DNA of 64,000 nucleotides from Ranitomeya imitator (taxonomy: Eukaryota), in contig NC_091291.1 of the NCBI RefSeq assembly GCF_032444005.1, positions 25,172,001 to 25,236,000 of the forward strand. Direction: 5' to 3'. The translations under genes and the position numbers were made by a program. Every line of letters starts with the position of its first letter. Within the stretch, counting starts at the first letter, position 1. The notes under the pieces are model-generated. The model saw only the letters and a list, made by a program, of their open reading frames with translations, made no database searches and was not told the DNA's origin. This document shows positions 35,834 to 48,464 of this stretch, one piece after another.

Positions 35834-37101
35834 CCGTATATACTCGAGTATAAGCCGAGACCCCTAATTTTGCCACACAAAAAACTGGGAAAACGTATTG
35901 ACTCGAGTATAAGCCTAGGGTGGGAAATGCAGCAGCTACTGCTAAATTTCATTAATAAAAATAGATACCAATAAAAGTAAAATTAATTGAGACATCAGTA
36001 GGTTAAATGTTTTTGAATATCCATACAGTTCATGATGGGCCCCATAAGATCCTCCATACAAAAAATTTGCCTCATAGAATGCTGCACGGATGTTAATAAT
36101 GCCTCATAAGATGCTCCATATTAAAATATGCCCCATGTAATGCTGCATAAAAGGTTAATGATGGCCCCATAAGATGCTCCACAGAAAAAATATGCCCGAT
36201 ATAATGCTCCATAAAGGCTAATGATGGCCCCATAAGATGCTCCACAGAAAACTATGCCCAATATAATGCTCCATAAAGGTTGATGGCCCCATAAGATGCT
36301 CCATAGAATAATATGCTCCATATAATGCTCCATAAGATGCTCCAAAGAATAATATGTCCCATATGCTGCTGCTGTGATAAAAAAAAAAATGACATACTCA
36401 CCTCTTGTTGCTGGGGGAGAGATGCCGGTGTCCTGAGCAGGCGGGGATACAGGCACGCTATGGGGGACAGGAGCTGGTGTCGCCGCTGGCTCAGGCCCCC
36501 GGCACTTGCGATATTCATCTGTCCCTGTTCCACCGCCGCACGCCGCTGTGTCTTCCGTGTCTCTGTAGTGACTGCTCAGGCAGAGGGCACGCACTAAACA
36601 CGTCATTGCGCCCTCTGACCTGAACATCACAGCCAGAGGATGACACAGCCCAGCAGTGGAACGGGTACAGGTGTATATCACATGGCTGACCCTCCCCGTC
36701 ATACTCACCCCATCCTGGCGCGGTCCCTGTTTCTCAGATGGTATCTGATGCCGGCAGCTTGTTCCTGTGTTCAGCAGTCACAGGGTACCACTCATTAAAG
36801 GAATGAATATGCGCTCCACGCCCATGGTAGTGGAGTTGCGTCAATATTCATTACTTTAATTAGCGGTACCATGTGACCGCTGAACACAGGAACAAGCTGC
36901 CGGCGCCAGAGACCATCTGAGAAGCAGTGACGTGCAGAGACCGCGCCAGGAGGGGATGAGTATGATGTGACAGCCGCCACTCCTGCCGCTCCCTCTCCCC
37001 AGCCGACCCCCAGGGACAATGACTTGAGTATAAGCTGAGAGAGGCACTTTCAGCCTAAAATAATGGGCTGAAAATCTCGGCTTATACTCGAGTATGTACG
37101 G
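35834..37101. mobile_element. Tc2/pogo-like element (paralogue of 15930-17292)
   Basis: ta|ccgtatatactcgag...ctcgagtatgtacgg|ta. Confidence 0.85.
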
Positions 37102-38035
37102 TAAGTTGTAAAAAAAAAACCTTTGGAAATTTGTAAAGAAAAAATGTCATGTGTGTCACCATTTTTCGAGAACCGTAACATTTGGGGGGCTGTGTGAGAG
37201 CTTATTCATTTTTTGTACCCTGATAACATTTTATTACAATGTTGCAGTTGTAAAAAACAGAATTCTGTCCTTTTTATTTTTTTTTCTGCTAACGCTGTTT
37301 ACCAATCCAATTAATTTATTTTATATTTTGATAGATTGGACTTTTCTGAATGCAGTGATACCACATATGTATACTTCTTATTTTTTTTAATTGTTCTATT
37401 TTTAATGGGGCAAAAGAGTTGTGATCATCAACAGACTTCCGGTTGTCATGATAACCTATCTGCGCCCCGCCCCCCTGAAAATGTCATGGTTGTGTCGATG
37501 GGAGCTTGGAATGATGCACCCCCTGACGGCGTCTGTTAAATGCCATTGTCAGAAAATGACAGCAGGATTTCACAGGATAACAGCCACGGCCGGAGCTCTT
37601 ATCCATCCACGTCTGTTAGAGGCACATGATGGCTGATTAAATCAGCCATCATGTGAGAGGAAAGATACGAGCTCGCCATGCGAGCCGACATCAAAGACAG
37701 GAAGTCAGCATATGGCATACAAGTAAGTCAAAGAACGTGAAAAGGTTAAACTTGAGAGGTCTAACCTACAAGAATAACGAGGTCTGTACAGCATTTCAAT
37801 CTCCAAACAAGAATGTTCCCACACCGGATAAATGTAAGAAGACTTGAAACAAAGTTTCTTGGAGGACTGCAAAACTTTTTAGTTAAAAAGGGTTAGTTCA
37901 GAGTTGGGATAGGCATAATTCTTGTTTTTGTATTAATGCTACGAGTCTCAGCCAGATGACAAATCTCCTGACCCAACCAGCCTTGTCTCCGTCTAGGAAT
38001 CTGTTGTTTTGGGTCACAAGACCAGTGGTCAAATA

Positions 38036-39462
38036 CCGTATATACTCGAGTATAAGCCGAGATTTTCAGCCCAAATTTTTGGGCTGAAAGTGCCCCTCTC
38101 GGCTTATACTCGAGTCAATGTGGGTGGCAGGGTCGGCGGGTGAGGGGGTGAGGGCGCTGAGGTATACTTACCTAGTCCCAGCGATCCTCGCGCTGTCCCT
38201 GCCGTCCCACGGGCTTCTGTGCTGCAGCTTCTTCCCCTCTTCAGCGGTCACGTGGGACCGCTCATTAGAGATATGAATAAGCGGCTCCACCTCCCATAGG
38301 GGTGGAGCCGCCTGTTCATTCCTCTAATCAGCGGTGCCGGTGACCGCTGACAGGAAGAGCTGCGGCACCGAAGACCAGGCAGAGGGACAGCGCGAGGATC
38401 ACCAGGACTAGGTAAGTATAGCATATTCACCTGTCCTCGTTCCAGCCGCCGGGCGCCGCTCCATCTTCCCGGCCGGCGCCTCCATCTTCCCGGCGTCTGC
38501 GCTCTGACTGTTCAGGCAGAGGGCGCGATGACGCATACAGTGTGCGCGGCGCCGTCTGCCTGATCAGTCAGAGCAGAGATGCCGGGAAGATGGAGGCGCC
38601 GGAACGAGACGCCGGGAGCTGCAATCAAGGGAGGTGAGTATGTGGTTTTTTTTTTTATTGCAGCAGCGGCGGCAGAGATTTCTATGGGGCACAATGAACG
38701 GTGCAGAGCACCGTATATGGCACAGCAATGGGGCACAATGAACGGTGCAGAGCATTGTATATGGGGCACAGCTATGGGGCACAATGAACGGAGCAGAGCA
38801 CCGTATATGGCACAGCAATGGGGCACAATGAACGGTGCAGAGCATTGTATATGGGGCACAGCAATGGGGCACAATGAACGGAGCAGAGCACTGTATATGG
38901 CACAGCAATGGGGCACAATGAACGGTGCAGAGCACCGTATATGGCACAGCAATGGGGCACAATGAACGGTGCAGAGCACTGTATATGGCACAGCAATGGG
39001 GCACAATGAACGGTGCAGAGCACTGTATATGGCACAGCAATGGGGCACAATGAACGGTGCAGAGCACCGTATATGGCACAGCAATGGGGCACAATGAACG
39101 GTGCAGAGCACTGTATATGGCACAGCAATGGGGCACAATGAACGGTGCAGAGCACTGTATATGGCACAGCAATGGGGCACAATGAACGGTGCAGAGCACC
39201 GTATATGGCACAGCTATGGGGCACAATGAACGGTGCAGAGCACTATATGGGGCACAGCTATGGGGAAATAATGAACAGTGTAGAGCACTATATGGCACAT
39301 CTATGGGGAAATAATGATCTATTTTTATTTTTGAAATTCACCGGTAGCTGCTGCATTTCCACCCTAGGCTTATACTCGAGTCAATAAGTTTTCCCAGTTT
39401 TTTGTGGCAAAATTAGGGGGGTCGGCTTATACTCGGGTCGGCTTATACTCGAGTATATACGG
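38036..39462. mobile_element. Second Tc2/pogo-like element, specific to gene C intron 3, with a 44-bp minisatellite (about 38690-39310)
   Basis: Perfect ccgtatatactcgagtataagccga TIRs and TA TSD. Empty site near 18165. Unit atggggcacaatgaacggtgcagagcactgtatatggcacagca. Confidence 0.92.
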
Positions 39463-39561
39463 TAGATATTTTCTCTATATTGCCCTGTAAATTAGCACAT
39501 TGACTGGGATTTACTCATTAGTCAAATATTACCCTACGATAAGCGACAACTTGACACTTAC

Positions 39562-39708
39562 GATCATATCCATCAGTGTTGCACAAGTCTCCAGTGCAGC
39601 ATTTCGCATAAAATCGAAGTATAACACGTTCATGGAATGCTGAACCGCGCAGACCACAAATTGATTCGTTGGCACAGCCTTTATATATCGACTTAAAATA
39701 ATGTCCAT
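39562..39708 (-). CDS. Gene C exon 3
   Basis: (D)GHYFKSIYKGCANESICGLRGSAFHERVILRFYAKCCTGDLCNTDGYD. Confidence 0.95.
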
Positions 39709-39792
39709 CTATTAGAGAAGTAAATAGACATGATGAAACCTGAATTGAGGTGGTGATACTTTTGTTAAAAAGAAGAATTGAGTTTTACTCAC

Positions 39793-39906
39793 CGACGTAA
39801 ACAAATTGGCAGACGGTCATACATCCGGCTGCGAGACATTCAATCTCAGACACATTACATGTGGTGGAGTTATAGGACACACCCGACATACATCTATAGG
39901 AAAACA
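39793..39906 (-). CDS. Gene C exon 2
   Basis: Identical in nucleotide sequence to gene B exon 2. Confidence 0.95.
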
Positions 39907-40582
39907 CTGGAAACAAGAAGTTACAATCCAGTAATATTAAATAGAGACAATAAAAAAGGGGAATTCAAGTGAAAAGGGGAATATTTTAGTTGTAATGAGA
40001 ATCATGGTTTTCATATTTGTGGCCATCGAAACCCGGACATTTGTCATTGCTAACAATTTGATCCAATAATACCGTAAATTCTTGACTTTTCCATATCAAG
40101 AAAATGTGGATGTTCTTCAAGTCCCACTTATACTTTATTGGAAATGACCTTTCTTATAGAGCATGGTTTTATTCCATAAAATTTCACAAGTGTAGTATTT
40201 TTTACATAACGCACAACACGGTAACAATATGTCTCTAAGTAAATATCTTGATGCTAAATTGTAATTGGACTCTAAACTGAGCGAAAAGTTTCAAGCAGGT
40301 CAACTTAGTTATCATTTTACAATATGGTAGTGCCTGATGTAAGAACCTGCTTCCTCTATAACAACACCATGGAAGATGTGAATCTATAGGAACACATCAC
40401 TAGGAAAAGAAGAAGTGAATCCTGCATTATTTGGGAGCCCATTTATTAATAGTCTAATTTTTGCAACAATTTTTTCCAAATCTGATTATGGCTTGATGTC
40501 ACCACATTAGCCAGAATGATTCAGAATTTGTATTTCACATTAGCAAATACTTGCTGAAAATGAAGGAGAAACAATGCATTAA

Positions 40583-41055
40583 TGCAGTCAAAGAACAAGA
40601 AGAAATGCGGCACTCACCCAATTGTAGCTGTGTAATTCGTGAGCTTTATTGGAAAAAACTATTTAATACATCCGTCAGGACATCAGGTATGCAGGAGGGT
40701 GCGGTAATGGAGTACGGACGATGGCCGTTTCGCGTCTGGACTCGTCGAAGCACTTATCGTGCGAAACGGCCGTCGTCCGTACTCCATTACCGCACCCTCC
40801 TGCATACCTGATGTCCTGACGGATGTATTAAATAGATTTTTCCAATAAAGCTCACGAATTACACAGCTACAATTGGGTGAGTGCCGCATTTCTTCTTGCT
40901 CTTTGACTGCATTGTGGATCTTGTTTGATATTTTATGCAGAGCACCATATACCCACAGCTTTCGTGACACCTGCTATTCAGCTGTTCTCTATTAGTCCTG
41001 CTCAGTGGAGCTCGTATTCCTCTAGTGCCGTCCTGTTCCTCTACATTCTTTGCCG
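40583..41055 (+). mobile_element. Penelope-derived pLTR insertion with 5' inversion in gene C intron 1
   Basis: 15-bp TSD GAAACAATGCATTAA at 40568-40582 and 41056-41070. About 153-bp inverted arms at 40581-40733 and 40761-40913. Hammerhead-like motif at 40737-40778, AATAAA and a GTGAGT donor. Absent from genes A and B. Confidence 0.82.
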
Positions 41056-41133
41056 GAAACAATGCATTAAAGTTGCCGACACTTCTCGGTGAACTATGTG
41101 TATATGCAGTCAACTGACTTTCTCTAGTCTTAC

Positions 41134-41185
41134 CTGAGCCGACAAGAGCAGAGATCACGCAAAGCAAAGCGACCAGATTCTTCAT
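41134..41185 (-). CDS. Gene C exon 1, signal peptide
   Basis: MKNLVALLCVISALVGS|gtaag. Joined exons give 209 aa. Confidence 0.95.
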
Positions 41186-41864
41186 CGTGGATGATTGGTG
41201 GCTTCTCGGATTCTCTTCTGCTCGTCCTGTTGACTGTACAATGGGATCATATAAATACTCTTTGGAAAAGTAAAGAAACTACTGTATTATGGGATAGATG
41301 GAGTATATCCTATGGCACCATTGCACGCCATTATTTCCAAATATTCCCTGCAGGAAATTCTTCTCTCAGCAAATATTAAGTTCTGGCCAAAGCAACAATG
41401 ACGTGATGGCTGTTACAATGAAGAGTCCAGAATATCTGTCAATTTGATCTCGCCAAAAATAGAATCCCGCGTCTTGTTTGTTTTTGTGCAACTTTTATTA
41501 TCTTAAAATATCCCTAGGAAATGTATTTGGGTGGATTTTTTTTGTTTGTGTGCACAATCTTCTTATTCTTGACTTGACTTTCAGAAGTAAATTTCCAATA
41601 ATGAACAATATATTTCTCTTTTTTATTCAAACAACTCCACAATCCTGTAGAAAACCAAAAAAGGAAAAGAGTGACTAATTATCCAAAACAAAACATAACA
41701 AACTTTATTAATCACATAATTAAAAGCACCAGTGTATATATACAGATGCAATCAATGACAAAAGCTGAAGAGTGTGGAACATTGGTGAAAGTAGCACCCA
41801 AACCCTGACAAAGATGGGGTTTATATATATGGTGGATGGGAAACCCATGAAAATAGCAGCGTTA

Positions 41865-42969
41865 GGCTAAGTACACATTAGCGTATCTGTGCGCGGTGTA
41901 TCATCCACATGCGCAAACGTTTGCAAACGCATGGTCACGCTGCGTTTTAATCCACATGAGCTTACGCATGATGCAAAAAATGCTGCATGTGCATGCGCTT
42001 GTATGTGTTTTTGCATGTGTTTGCGTTTTTTCTGCGCATGCGTTCGAAATTTCCATGAATTTTGTTTATGCGGCAAACGCTGTCCCAGGAAAATTTCTTT
42101 GACAAAAGCCACACACAATGGGTGTGTCTCATTGGATTTCTGCATATATAGACCCTACACAGATGAAATCCTCGTCTTTTGCTGCTGTATCCAGCTGCAG
42201 GATGGATCCTGGCCTGGAGAGCTTCTATCGTAATCCGGATTTGTCAATGAAATTGGCTTTTGCTGTGGCTTGTGAAGAAGAAAGAAGAAGAGAAAGACAG
42301 AGAAGACATTGTCATCGCTACTGGCAACACCCCATCATTGAAGTCTGAGAGAGCCGTGGAGCCTACCACCCATTGTGCACCAAGCTGCATGAAATCCCAT
42401 AGAATTTTTTTTAATACACAAGGATGTCGGAACAGAGCGTTGATGACTTGCTGCAACTAGTGATGACGATGAGAGAATATACTCGTTACTCGAGATTTCT
42501 CGAGCATGCTCGGGGGTTCTCTAAGTTTTTTTTAGTGCTCAAAGATTTAGTTTTTCTTTCCGCAGCTGAATGATTTACATCTGTTAGCCAGCATAAGTAC
42601 ATGTGGGGCTTGCTTAGCAACCAGGCAACCCCCACATGTATTTATGCTGGCTAATAGATGTAAATCATTCAGCTGCTGCAAGAAAAAATAAATCTCCAAG
42701 CACTAAAAAATACTCGGAGGACCCCGGAAAATGCTCGAGAAATCTTGAGTAACGAGTATATTTGCTCATCACTAGCTGCAACGTGTCTGAGGATCCATCA
42801 CCACGCAGGACATACAACTATGTCAAGCAATTCCTGCTGAGGAACGTCTTCTGGTGACCCTGAGGTATTTAATTTTGAAAAACAAACACATGTTGTTAGT
42901 ATTATTGTTAGAAAAGACATGTACTTATTTTTTTCCATTTTCTGTTTGACAGATTACTGGATAACGGAG
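41865..42969 (+). mobile_element. Harbinger remnant with hAT MITE at 42458-42774 (paralogue of 23112-24198)
   Basis: Colinear with 23112-24198. Confidence 0.75.
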
Positions 42970-44832
42970 TGTTAGGGGTTGAGTTCCCACCTCTGCACAG
43001 GGGGAATCTCTAGCCATCTCCTCAGCAGTCTCCCATTCTTCTCCCGCCGCAGTGGAGCATGCTCAGCAAAGACATCGGTCCCAATGTCTGGCTCAGCCTG
43101 ATACTATGCGGATGGTTTTTGCTGCTTTCCCAGGCTCAGCCATTGTAGCCAGTACTGGTCAGCGGCAAGCAGACGTCTCTGGGACTAAGTCCTGCTTTTT
43201 CCCTTCTGAGCATGCCCATGGTAAGACCTCTCATTGGAGGTCAGGGGTCACATGTTCAGGCACTGCTGCAGCTCCCATTGGTCCTCTAGGAAGGTCCTCA
43301 AGTTGCTCTGGTATTGTAGCAGCTTCTATTGGTCCCATAGGAAGGTCCAGAAGCTGTTGTAGCTATAAAAGGTTTGCATGGCCACACGGCCATGCGCTAG
43401 TATCACTTCATGTTATGAGCTTGCTATTTGTGGTCGCGCCTGTATGTGGATAGGGTTTGGCTGAAATAAGCCCCTAGAATACCGGCACCTCCGGTGAGGA
43501 GTTTGTATGTATGTATTCAGGGCCCCGGATGAAATAAGTCCCTAGAATACCGGCACCTCCGGTGAGGAGTTTGTATGTATGCTTCTCTGTGTGCGTGACC
43601 ACTGACTGCCATCAGCTCAGCAGTTAGCTGTGTTCCTCTGTGAGGCTAACAGGGCACAGCGTGTTCTTTGCAGTGCGACTCAGTGAAGTAACGGAGTTCA
43701 CTTATACTGCCATATAGTGCCATCATCTTCTAGCAGCAGGTTCTCTACTGCACGATGAACCCCGGTCTGCAATCGCACCAATTATAACATCTATATTAAC
43801 TCGGTGCATTCCACCAGTCCTAGCATAATACTAGCGCCAGGGTCTGGCTAGAAAATGGCGGACGATCAGCGTCTACAGCGGTACATCCAGCTGCTAGAGG
43901 GTAGGTTGGCGGCCCTGGAGTGCACAACCTCAGCTGTGGATGAAACTGCAGTCGCTGTTCAGGCTGCTAGTGTAGCTGCAGCCAGTTTGTCTTCTGCCAC
44001 CCCTGCTCTGACTTTATCCCGTCTCCCACTACCAGACAAGTTTGCTGGTGACAGTAAGCTATGTCGGGGATTCGTGAACCAGTGCACCATACATCTAGAG
44101 CTTCTGGCTGCACATTTTCCTATGGAATGGGCTAAGGTGGGATTTATCATATCCCTTTTGTCGGGCAGGGTGTTGGAATGGGCTACGCCGCTGTGGGAGC
44201 CTGATGATTGTGTGGTGCAGAGTGCTCCTCGCTTCCTGTACGCTTTGAAACAGGTCTTTTTAGGACCTCATGTCACCCACGATATGGAGCTCCAACTGTT
44301 GGCAATTACACAGGGTTTGTCTATGATCAGCCAGTTCGCCGTCCGATTCCAGACTCTGGCAATAGAGCTGGAGTGGCCAGATAAAGTCCTTATTCCAGTG
44401 TTCTGGAAAGGACTGGCAGACCATGTGAAGGATGCCTTGGCCATCAGGGAGATTCCTGCCACACTGGAGGAGCTCATTACAATCTCTATCCGCATTGACC
44501 TCCGTTTTAACGAGTGGAGGTTACAGCGGACCCAGTGTAGGCAGAGGTTCCAGTTGGCTCCTACCTTCGTCGGCCCTCTGGAATCTCCTGTTCAGGCGTC
44601 CGACGCCCATGAGGTCATGGAGGTTTCTCGAGCGGGACCTAAGACCCGGGCCGCTCAAGTACCCGTGGTTTGTAATATTTGCCAACAGTTAGGACATTAT
44701 GCCAATAAATGTCCTCAGCGGTCGGGAAACGTTCGCATCTAGTAAGCATTGGAGAAGGTTCACTAGACACAGCGGCACTTTCCTTCAAGTTGTCCTTTAA
44801 AGGGACAATCTCTTTAGGCTCGTCCACTCTAA
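42970..44832 (+). mobile_element. 5' LTR (42970-43825) + gag + start of protease, paralogue of element 2
   Basis: Open 295-aa gag at 43855-44742 with CNICQQLGHYANKC. GGGAAAC slippery site at 44724-44730. Confidence 0.92.
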
Positions 44833-45139
44833 GGCTATGTGCACACGTTGCGGATTCTCTGCGGATCTGCAGTGTTTTTTGCGGTGCAGAAACGCTGCAG
44901 ATCCGCAATTGATTTACAGTACAATGTAAATCAATGAGAAAAAAAAGCTGCAGTTTAAAAGAAATAGCATGTCACTTCTTTTTTGCGAATCTGCAGCGTT
45001 TTTGTACCTATTCCATTATAGAAATCCGCAGGGGTAAAAAATGCAGCAAATCCGCAAAAAAAAGTGCAGCAAAAACGCACAAAAAATGCTGTGGATCCGC
45101 ACAAAAAACGCAACAAATCCGAAGAAACACACAAAAAAA

Positions 45140-48100
45140 AGTCATAGTTTTAAAGATGAAACACTTAAACCAAGAACAATCAAGACTACTTACACACCGT
45201 CTTTCCACCTCATGAACTCGGGCCCGACGACCCTGGGAAGAATCATCACCCAACTGCTCCGGCTGTTCAGCACCTTTTCCTGAGGAGTTAATTCTTTGTG
45301 TAACCAAGATGTTCAACTCATTCATGGAAGGTTCTCCCATTCCAAACACTTTATCACATTCATTCTTGAATTTAATTCTAAAGCTTGAAGGAACAGCCCT
45401 GGATTGCTCTTATTATCACCCTATAGCCTCATTAAACTCAGATTTAAAAATATTTACACCCATGTTGGCTAACAGGTTTAATTACCCCAACTTAGTAATA
45501 AAGATCAGGTAGGCCTTGTGCCTTTTCGCCAAGGAGGGGACAACATTAGAAGGGCGATAGATTTGATTGATTGATGCATCTAATAAAAGTAAAGCGCAAA
45601 CCCTCATTTTGAGCCTTGAAGTAGAGACGACTTTTGACCATCTTAATTGGTCGTTTTTGGTAACTTTGGTGCTTTTCTTATAGCATTAAAGGCACTTTAT
45701 AGATCCCCTTCGGCCTCAATTAAGCTACCTTTCCATATTTCCCCTAGTTTAATCACCTCGAATGGCACACAACATGGTTGTCCCCTTTCTCCCCTTAGAT
45801 ATGTAATGTGTACTGAGCCCTTGCAGAGATGATTCAACAAAATCCTAATATTTCAGGGGTGGAAATATAGGGTAAAATATTTAAGATATCACGTTTTGCT
45901 GATGACGTTTTGTTGATCATCACTAAGCTCTACACAACACTGCCTAACCTGATGGATACATGAAAAAAAACATTTATCGAGGTATAAATTAAACATCCCC
46001 AAGATGGAAGCCTTACTCTTAAATATTCCTACTAGTACTTTAGAACAATTAATAACAAACTTGAAGTTTAGGTGGAAAACTGAAGCCATTAAATATTTTG
46101 GGGCTAATTTGTCCTCTTCCTATAATAACCTATATAATAACAGCTACCCATCTCTCTTCGGAGCACTCAAGGGGCTACTAAATAAATGGATGCCACTCTC
46201 AGTAAAAATGTCTCTTTTTCCCAAATTAATTTATTATTTGGAGACTCTTCCCATCAAGGTCCCTGTGGGGGAAATTAGGTGCCTACAAGCAGCTATAATG
46301 AGATTTATTTGGAACGATAGACAACATAGAATCTCCAAACAAGTTCTCAACTCTCATAGATCACAAGGAGGTCTATCAGTCCTGGATACCATTAAATACT
46401 GTTGGGTGGTTCACTTATGAAGGATTAAGTTGTGGATTTCATTATGGGCTCACAATAAATGGACCAAAAAGTTATGGTTGGCCCCTATGTACCCTAATTC
46501 CCCTCTATCATTTACTCTATTGGGCCTTATGCAGTTTACAAGAGAGATTTGGCTCTCATTTATGACACTTTTCGGTCTGGCTTCTCCTCGTTCTCCAGTG
46601 ATATCCTTCCTTTATCAACCCTTGATCCCAAATAGCTCAGAACCAAAAATGATCCATCCATGGATTTCCGCAGGACTATTTAGGTATTCAGATTCGGTTG
46701 ATAGGGACACATTGGAGGTTCTCTTGATCGATTTTATTAAATCAAAATTTTCTATAATCAATTGTTTTTGCAATATGTAAAACATCTAGCATCTTCAATA
46801 TATGTGGCTCAATGAGTGTTTCTCAACCCAATGGAATTTGATAAGTTACGCGGATGGGGTCCGTCAACTAAGCGCATCAGGTATCTAAAGGATTATAAAG
46901 GTCCATCAACTAAATGCCTTATATCAGATATCTATAGGATTATAAAATTTACTCAGATGGATCCTCAGTCGAAACACGTCTATATGATTAAATGGGAATC
47001 TCTCCTTGGAAAGGAGCTGTCCCCCCAATATTGGTAGGACATTTGGGACAAAGCGGCCAAATCCTGCATTTGTACCTTATGTAAAGAGAACCAGTGTAAG
47101 ATTTTAATGTTTTGGTACCACAACACAGAGCTTCTTCATAAATTGAACCCTCAGTTTCCAACTATTTGCTGGCACTGTGGTTTAGCATCTGTCTCTCAAC
47201 ATCACATCATCTGGTCTTGCCCTGGGTTGGCAGGATTCTAGAAATAGGTGAATGTCTTAATACAAAATGTTCTGCTTGTGGAAGTTGAGCTGGACCCTGA
47301 TATCTATCTACAAAATATTTCTCCTAGAGGGATGGGGAAAAACTCATCTAATGTCATGGTCCGTTCCAGGGTTTAATCCTGTCTGCTCTTTTTCTGGGTG
47401 GATCATGTCAAGGGTTAACTTTGCTCTGCTTCATTCTGGGTTCAGATTTGCTATTTATCTCCTATGCATCCTGCTGGCAGTGTCAGCTATAGTTCTGCCT
47501 TCGGGATTTGAACCTGACTCCGGTAGCTCTTGATTTGTCCTGCTGTGATCCCTGACTTGCCCTGTGTCTGTTGACTCCCTCTGTCTGCCCTTTTCCCAGT
47601 GTTTCCCTGTTTTTTGGTTTTGATTCTCTGGTTTCTGACTTGGCTTGTATTCGGACTCGCTTCTGCCTTCTGACTTTGTCTCATCTGCTTCTGACAGTTG
47701 CTGAACCTCCTGGCTTGTCCCTGACCACGTGTACTGCTGATCCCTTTGGTACTTTTGCCTCTGATTGTTTTTTGACTCGGCTTGTCTGACCACTCTCTCA
47801 CTACTTGGTGGCGTCTGTGCTGCTACTCTGTGGTGCTTCTGTGTACGCAGTCTCACTTCCCTAACAAAGCTCCCTCTGGTGGAGGTTGCGTTATACTGCA
47901 CTGCAGCAACATGACATCTAAATTATTATTGCGTTTATTAACTGGAGAACGGTGTTTGATCGCTCTCCAATGGATAGAGACCACTCCTCCCTCTTCACAA
48001 AACTTATTAAATAGAATAGGTGATATTCACAGGAAGGACTATGAAAGTTTTAATGGTGGACCAATTTGATGTTAGCTGAGCCAACTGGGATTATTTTTAG

Positions 48101-48450
48101 GCTCAAAATAATAGCAAGGACCTTTTTGGACTGCTATACCCCTTTTCCCACACCTTAATGTGTGTTTATCTCATCTTTTGTTTGTTGATTGTTGAATAAG
48201 AATTCTGAAGTGAATATGTGAATGGGGTTTGTTTATTATGGTGTTTAGTTTAACTATTGTAAAGGCTTATTGGAACTTTTATTGTCATACCATGCAGTAT
48301 GCCTTGATCCCACTAGACGGAAATGTTTCCCAACACTTCATCCTTATTGTCCTCCATCTTTACTGACATTCCATTATGTTTGTCAAAATGTGAATATTTC
48401 ATGCTTATTTTGATAACTAAAAATGTGCAAAATTCAATAAAAAATTACAG
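45140..48450 (+). mobile_element. Degraded L1-clade LINE ORF2 and 3' end
   Basis: YHPIASLNSDLKIF, GTQHGCPLSP and FADDVLL motifs across broken frames. AATAAA and an A-rich end near 48435. Confidence 0.85.
47352..47916. mobile_element. Solo LTR inserted in the L1
   Basis: TGTCAT...ATGACA termini, 5-bp TSD TCTAA. Confidence 0.9.
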
Positions 48451-48464
48451 TAATTAAAAAAATT

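Noticed and set aside
38512-39298. Overlapping 150-244-aa Cys/His-rich ORFs
   Set aside because: Artefacts of the 44-bp minisatellite inside a pogo-like element. Several frames are open at once.
40859-41133. C-terminal part of the 108-aa ORF beginning MKNLVALL
   Set aside because: Read-through past the exon 1 donor into the intron and the Penelope-derived insertion. Only 41134-41185 is coding.
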